A DNA stretch of 64,000 nucleotides, from assembly GCA_951406725.2 (NCBI GenBank), contig OX597822.1, positions 31,062,001-31,126,000 on the forward strand, given 5' to 3'. How positions within the stretch are numbered: position 1 is the first letter of the stretch; each line of letters begins with the position of its first letter. The position numbers and the translations under genes are program-made. A model generated the notes under the pieces. That model was not told the origin of the DNA. It did not search any database and was given only the letters and a program-made list of their open reading frames with translations. Below, piece by piece: positions 57,175 through 64,000 of this stretch. The DNA is from Octopus vulgaris. Taxonomy: Eukaryota.

Positions 57175-58560
57175 TTGAAATTTATAGAAAAACAAAAGAC
57201 GAAAACAGATGTATGAACCATCCTGTGGTGTATTAGTTTGACGCTTGAGAAAGTGAGAATGTCTTTTACATTTCGAGTCTATGCTCTTCAATAGAAAGGT
57301 ATAAGAGAAAAATAGAGAGAGAGAGAGGAGAAAAAAAGACTTGCGCATTTAGAGCTCAAGCCTGACACCTGATAAGAAAATAGTTTGTATGAAGAGGTTG
57401 AAAGAAAAGATGATAAAGTATTGGTGATTCCCAAACAAAGGTGTGCGTGCGTGTGTATGTGAGAATGTGTGTGTTTGTAGATAAGGGCTAGTGATTTTGT
57501 AGTGTATGAGTGTGTACGTGTGGCTGCTGATATTGTGCTATGTCTTATGACCTATTGAAGACTGTGTGTAGATGGGTGGATGAAGGATGTGGTGTGCGGA
57601 TGATGGTGTGTATTGTGGCTGCGGGGAAGTAGTCAGTGCTACTGTGTGTGGAGTGAGTGTCGGGTGGAGGGGCGTTGGCACGTGGGGGTGTGGTTTTGTG
57701 GTGGGGGTTTGCCGATGGCTTTGTGGTGATGGGAGGGGATATGGGAGTAGGGTATGGGAAGGTGTGTGGAGATGCGGCGGGGGTGGTATCAATGAAGGAA
57801 GTAGGTGCCAGATGAAGAAAGGAGTGGCTGGAAGCTAGATGAAGGAGGGGTGTTGAGCTCCTGTGGTGCAAAGGATGAGGGAAGATTGATTCCTGTTCAC
57901 GGCCGCTGTGCAAAGACAGTCTGAACACAGACAGCTTTGTAGCGAATCACCGGTAGAACGGAAATGTCACGAGACCGAAGTCTTATTGCCGAGTCTGATG
58001 TCTCGGAGTTGCTCCACTAACCGGTCAGATAATCGACGTCCCATTTGACCGATGTACAGAGAAGGGGTGAAAGAGCAAGAGATGCAGTAAATGACGTTGC
58101 TACAAATGCAGGTAAAGGAGTCGGCGCTTGGTGTGGGTAGGGTGCGAGGAGGAGAAATTCAGATCGAAATGTGAGTCGGTGTGTTTGTAGTGGAGGGAGA
58201 CAGTTAGAACGGAGCGGTGTATGGGGACAGATTTTTCGAGGAATGCGACGGAAGTGATGGAAATAGTGCAGGAGAATTCGAGGCAAGATGGAAAGATTGG
58301 ACAAAGGAGAGGAAAGAGTCTAGGTGTTCACGTGAGTGTGAGCTCGCATCGATACAGTCATCAATAAAACGACCGTATCGTTCCGGAGTGGGACCAGTGA
58401 ATCGTGAGAATATTTGGACCTCAACGTAATCAACAACAGTTTTGCATTGTTGGAGCATATTCTCGTTCCCTTGAGACCACTCCTGAAACCTGTTGGTAAA
58501 AATCACCCGCGAACGAGAAGCTTTTGAGGGAGAGATCAAGTTTGGCTTATCTCCTTAGAA
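57175..58560 (-). mobile_element. Penelope-like element: RT fragment, GIY-YIG endonuclease and terminal repeat with variant hammerhead (57261-57300)
   Basis: YVEVQIFSRFTGPTPERYGRFIDDC (RT); SNVIYCISCSFTPSLYIGQMGRRLSDR (GIY-YIG); frameshifted. Confidence 0.85.
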
Positions 58561-58917
58561 AATTCCTCTCCTGATGACCCGGATACCCAAGCTTTGTCCG
58601 AGAACAACTGCTCATAGAATAAGGTAACTACAGAACAAACGATATTCATTTGTGTACAAATACAAGAAACACAAAGCAAAAATGACAAACGTTTTCAACA
58701 TAAAATGTCAAGATTTTAGAATGTAGACCAGGTAGTTGTAAAAAAACAGATTAGTGTGTGTGTTTACACACATACATACACGCACACACACGCATATATA
58801 TATATAAATATATACATACATATATATATGTACATATGTATACATATAGACATATATATAAATACATATACATATATATACATATACATGTATATATATG
58901 AATATATATATATATGC

Positions 58918-58948
<31 letters not shown>

Positions 58949-58956
58949 AAATATAT

Positions 58957-58988
<32 letters not shown>

Positions 58989-59027
58989 CACGCGCACATA
59001 CACGTACACACGCACACACACACACTC

Positions 59028-59072
<45 letters not shown>

Positions 59073-59759
59073 TACATACTTATGTCATCACAGATCAAAT
59101 AGGTAAATTTTGTGGAAAATCAATCGCGTTTTGTTTGAAGTATTGTTATATAAATGTACAAATTCATTCGGTATAATTCATTTGAAATAATTTTCAATCA
59201 ATAAATCAGTGAAAAGCAATAGCTTCTGCGGTAAAGTTTCATTGTGAGAGAATTCAAAAATAAGAAATTTGAACATAATTACAAAATATGATGTATTATG
59301 TTAATGTTGTCTATTAGCATAGACAATGTTACGCAATACAATTACCAGTTTTCATTATCGTGATTATATGTAAGCAATGAAAAGCTATAGTTCACTGTAC
59401 AACGTTTGATACAAATATATATGAGTATTTGTCGCTGTAATCGCTTATTAATTTTCGACGAATGTTAAGCGTTATTAAAAATTACTACGCAAAATAACAT
59501 GTGCAAAACCTGAAGTAATTGGAGACAGTAATGCAAAATCTTTAATGATCAGAGAATCGCCCTGAAGCTATTGCACAAGAGATTAAAGGAAATGAATAAA
59601 ATCATTACTAAAGCGTAAGAGTAGATGTAACTTATTCTTCAATCAAGGATACACATTCTAACGAATATGAAGGCAGGTATCAAATAGGCAACCACGTAAG
59701 CACGTATTCTATACAAAAGATATTATAAAATGATAGTAAAAATGCTGAGATGAATGTAA

Positions 59760-59904
59760 GCTTCTCGGTCTTTTGGCTAAGATTAAAGTGTAGTATCTGT
59801 TCTTATCACCTTAATACCTGATACGGCCCCTATTTAGGGCCATCGATATTAAACTGGTTTTTAGAACGAGGCGAATTGTTAGGGGCTTGCTCCGCCTTTG
59901 CCCC
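59760..59904 (+). pseudogene. U2: 3'-truncated U2 snRNA copy
   Basis: GCTTCTCGGTCTTTTGGCTAAGAT..AAGTGTAGTATCTGTTCTTATCA..TAATA.CTGATACG, stem IIb GGCCC..GGGCC, altered Sm site, GCTTGCTCCG; stem-loop IV missing. Confidence 0.92.
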
Positions 59905-59912
59905 AATTAAAA

Positions 59913-59965
59913 ACGGCGGTGCATCAGCATGGCCGCAGCTATGGGCTGAAACGATAGCAAAAAAG
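59913..59965 (+). mobile_element. LINE/SINE-type 3' tail fused to U2
   Basis: ACGGCGGTGCATCAGCATGGCCGCAGCTATGGGCTGAAAC matches the LINE tail at 30834-30875. Confidence 0.8.
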
Positions 59966-60661
59966 CAATATATGCCTATTGTGGAAGGGGCTCTTTAGTA
60001 CAGCAGTTCCCGTATATTTTCTATTCTAAATTGCACACGTTTTGGTTATTTTTGCATTTTAGGTACTTTACACTCTTCATTATTGTTGATATTTAAGATT
60101 AATGATTACGACACAAGATTGCAAGGGGGATAAATGAAAGTATGTATAGATAACAGAAGTAATATGCATACACACCTGAATACGTGCGCATGCATATACT
60201 CGCTCTTACACACGTAAACACAAGCAAGCACACACACAAACATACACACATGAAACAAACAAACACACATGAAACAAACAAACACACATATATACATATG
60301 AAGTATATCTTGTGTGTGAAGTTATACGTTCGAGCGGTATTGTTCAGTTTCGAGCTCTAAGTAGATTATAAACATCCAGTCTGGTCTCATTATAGTAGTT
60401 TCGTTACTACAATACTCAGTAGTATTACTGGCTATTTTATACAGATGAAATGTTAAAGAGATTTTAATAAAATTAATTTCATATCATTTATTGCCCACGT
60501 ACGTTTTGCTGTGGATGTTACTTCAGACGACAACAAAGAAAATAAAACACGTACGTAGGAAATGAATAATATAAGCTTGTGGTTATAAGACGTCCACACA
60601 CGTATATACATACATACATATACATACATACATACATACATAATATATACATGCATACATG

Positions 60662-60695
<34 letters not shown>

Positions 60696-60730
60696 CATGT
60701 ATGCATGTATATATTATGTATATATGTATG

Positions 60731-60786
<56 letters not shown>

Positions 60787-60821
60787 TTATATATATATGT
60801 ATATTTATATATATATATATT

Positions 60822-60858
<37 letters not shown>

Positions 60859-60895
60859 ATATATATGTATATGTATATGTATGTATGTATGTATC

Positions 60896-61211
60896 ATACA
60901 CAGACATGTTTGTTAACGCACAGAAATTTCAGTTCAGTTAGAGGTATATCTTTTATTTTTGAAGTACAATGCTGCTTTTGTCATGTAAGGAAGGTATTTG
61001 ACATTTCTCTTGCTTTTAATGTTAGTTTCTTCTTTTTCTAATATATTTATTAGAAACATGAAATTTGCAAATTTAGTTCCGCGCCTTACGCTTTAGTATT
61101 GGCCTTAGATGAATAATTGAGTGAAAGAAAGAGGGCGTGTTTTGTGGAAGTCATTATTTCCATAAGTATTTAAAAACTGAATGATCTCCGTAGCAGCATG
61201 AATTCCTATAG

Positions 61212-61264
<53 letters not shown>

Positions 61265-62058
61265 CGTGATCACCGTGACTGACCAGGCTATCAGGTGTTG
61301 CGACACATCGCTGGTCACAATGCGCTTCGCATTGTTTTAGCCTTCAAATGATGCCACCCCGCTAGCTAAGCGAGCAGGCCAACAGAAGAAAGAGACAGAG
61401 AAAGTTGTGGCGAAAGAGTACAGCAGGGATCGCCACCACCCACTGGTGGAGCCTCCTGGAGCTTTAGGTGCTTTCGCTCAATAAACACTCACAATGACCG
61501 GTCTGGGAATCGAAACTGAGATCCTACAACCGTGAGTCGGTTGCCCTAATCTCTGGGCCATTGCGTCTCCATATATATATATATATATATGTGCGTGCGT
61601 GTGTGTGTGTGCGTGTGTGTTTATATATATATGTATACGGTTATATATGTATATGCATGTGTATATACATATATATAAACATATACATAAATATGCATAT
61701 ACAGACACACAAACGCACACACACACGCACACTCGTATATATATATGTATATATATATATATTAGTAAATTTGTACACACTGAGTAAACAACTTTGTAGG
61801 TGGAGTGTGAAAGATGTGTGAAAACAAGGCAGTGTAAAAGAAAAAAAATTATTGGAAACAAACAGTAAAGTGTATTCGAACACGTTTATGTAGGACGTGA
61901 AATGTAGCAAAATGGTAAAAACAAGAAACTAACATTAAAAGCAAGAGAAATGTCAAATACCATCCGTACATGACAAAAGCAGCATTGTACTTCAAAAATA
62001 AAAGATATACCTCTAACTGAACTGAAATTTCTGTGCGTTAACAAACATGTCTGTGTAT
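60896..62058. repeat. 136-bp near-perfect inverted duplication (60896-61031 / 61923-62058)
   Basis: About 2 mismatches by eye; flanking microsatellites also mirrored. Confidence 0.9.
61260..61571 (-). mobile_element. Full SINE family C
   Basis: Reverse complement co-linear with 51615-51910. Confidence 0.88.
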
Positions 62059-62075
62059 CTACATACATAGATACA

Positions 62076-62147
<72 letters not shown>

Positions 62148-62148
62148 C

Positions 62149-62202
<54 letters not shown>

Positions 62203-62502
62203 GATGCATGAAAATATATCAGTATAAAGTAGTCAGATGAAAGCATAAGAAAAAAGCAATTTTTATATCGCACGATTTGCAATGTGCTGTAATTTTGCAA
62301 TGAAACTTCGACGAAAATAACCAGAATGAGACAATATCAGACGGTATAAAAAATGACATAACTTCCCATAAAAATAAAACAATAAAAAAGTATCATAAGT
62401 TTATGAAAAATGTCGCTTATTTAAAGAAATCTATCTATCTATCTATATCTCTATATATATATATGTATATATACAGAGAGAGAGAGAGAGAGCGCGAGAG
62501 AG

Positions 62503-62920
62503 ATAGGCGCAGGAGTGGCTGTGTGGTAAGTTTCTTGCTTACCAATCGCATGGTCCCAGGGTCAGTCCCACTGTATGTCAACTTGGTCGAGTGTCTTCGA
62601 TTATATCCTCGGGCCGACCAAAGCTTTGTGAGTGGATTTGGTAGACGGAAACTGAAAGAAGCCCGTCATGTATGTATATATATATATATATATGTCTATG
62701 TGTTTATATTTATTTATGTGTCTGTGTTTGTCCCCCTCCCTAACATTGCTTGACAACCGATGCTGGTGTGTTTACGTCCCCGTAACTTAGCTTTCGGCAA
62801 AAGAGACCGATACAATAAGTACTAGGCTTACAAAGAATAAGCTCTGGCGTCGATTCGCTCCACTAAAGGCGGTGCTCCAGCATGGCCACAGTCAAATGCC
62901 TGAAACAAGTAAAAGAGTAA
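62503..62920 (+). mobile_element. Full SINE family A
   Basis: Co-linear with 33535-33957. Confidence 0.9.
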
Positions 62921-62939
62921 AAATGTAAAAGAGTATGTT

Positions 62940-63014
<75 letters not shown>

Positions 63015-63503
63015 ATGTATGTGTGAGAGTGCGCGATAGAAAGATAAAGAATGATTGTTTGTGTGTATGTATGTGTGTGTATTGAATCTTTCTGTGATTC
63101 AGAGTATTTTTATGAAACAAGAAATTCTAATATTCCATCTATACATAATTTCACCTTTCAATTTTTAAAAAATTTATGTCAAGCACATATTTGAAAACTG
63201 GACGTTTATTTGATGGGCACTTGTCGGATAGACTTTTCCGCCAACGAACATTTTATAGACAAACGTTTCAGTGAAAGGATAAATTCTCGGATTGGCTTAT
63301 AGTGGAACAAATTTTATCCGACTGGATATAGAGGCTTATAAATATGTTTCTGAACATAGAGCCCATTCAATTTTGATAATTTTTATATCCTCTTTGCGAC
63401 TGACTTATAAAAATATAAACATCATAAATTGTAATACCATTGCATGAGAACATAATTGTAAACGTACTAATGTGTAAACGATTTTGATTACTGCGTTTCG
63501 TAG

Positions 63504-64000
63504 TATTCTTTTCTACTCTAGACACAAGGCGTAACATTATTTGGGATGGGGTTAGTCGATTAGATTACATAATTTATCGACCCTGAAAGGATGAAAGGCA
63601 AAGTCGACCTCGGCGGAATTTGAGCTCAGAACATTAAGACAGACGAAATACCTATTTCTTTACTACCCACAAGGGGCTAAACACAGGGAGGACAAACAAG
63701 GACAGACAAACGGATTAAGTCGATTATATCGACCCCAGTGTGTAACTGGTACTTATTCAATCGACCTGGAAAGGATGAAAAACAAAGTCGACCTCGGCGG
63801 AATTTGAACTCAGAAGGTAACGGCAGACGAAATACCTATTTCTTTACTACCCACAAGGGGCTAAACAAAGAGAGGACAAACAAGGAGAGACAAACGGATT
63901 AAGTCGATTATATCGACCCAGTTCGTAACTGGTACTTATTTAATCGATCCCGAAATGATGAAAGCAAAGACAACCTCGGTGGGATTGGAGCTCAGAACAC
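63504..64000 (-). mobile_element. Head-to-tail multimer of SINE family B (runs off the window)
   Basis: Units of about 185 bp joined at GACGAAATAC|CTATTTCTTTACTACCCACAAGGGG. Confidence 0.85.

Noticed and set aside
59760-59904. Functional U2 gene
   Set aside because: Lacks the first nucleotides and stem-loop IV, has an altered Sm site and is fused to a retroelement tail

Overview
AT-rich eukaryotic genomic DNA saturated with (TA)n, (CA)n, (AAT)n and (TATG)n microsatellites. The SINE families and repeat landscape point to a coleoid cephalopod, probably Octopus (inference). I see no intact protein-coding gene, and almost all ORF-track entries are microsatellite artefacts. The window contains: (1) three tRNA-derived SINE families in about 20 copies; (2) LINE relics: an R4/Dong-type REL element in (AAT)n, a CR1-group LINE sharing its 3' tail with a SINE, an RTE-like fragment and Penelope RT+GIY-YIG fragments; (3) Tc1/mariner relics, MITEs and a probable non-autonomous Helitron; (4) about ten hammerhead-ribozyme motifs, two of them intact copies in a 533-bp tandem duplication (retrozyme-like); (5) a 3'-truncated U2 snRNA copy fused to the LINE tail; (6) 15-20 heavily decayed C-type-lectin-domain relics between the repeats, all on the minus strand from about 6.2 to 59.7 kb, suggesting a fossil multi-CTL (mannose-receptor-like) locus. 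All calls were made by eye and coordinates of degenerate elements are approximate.
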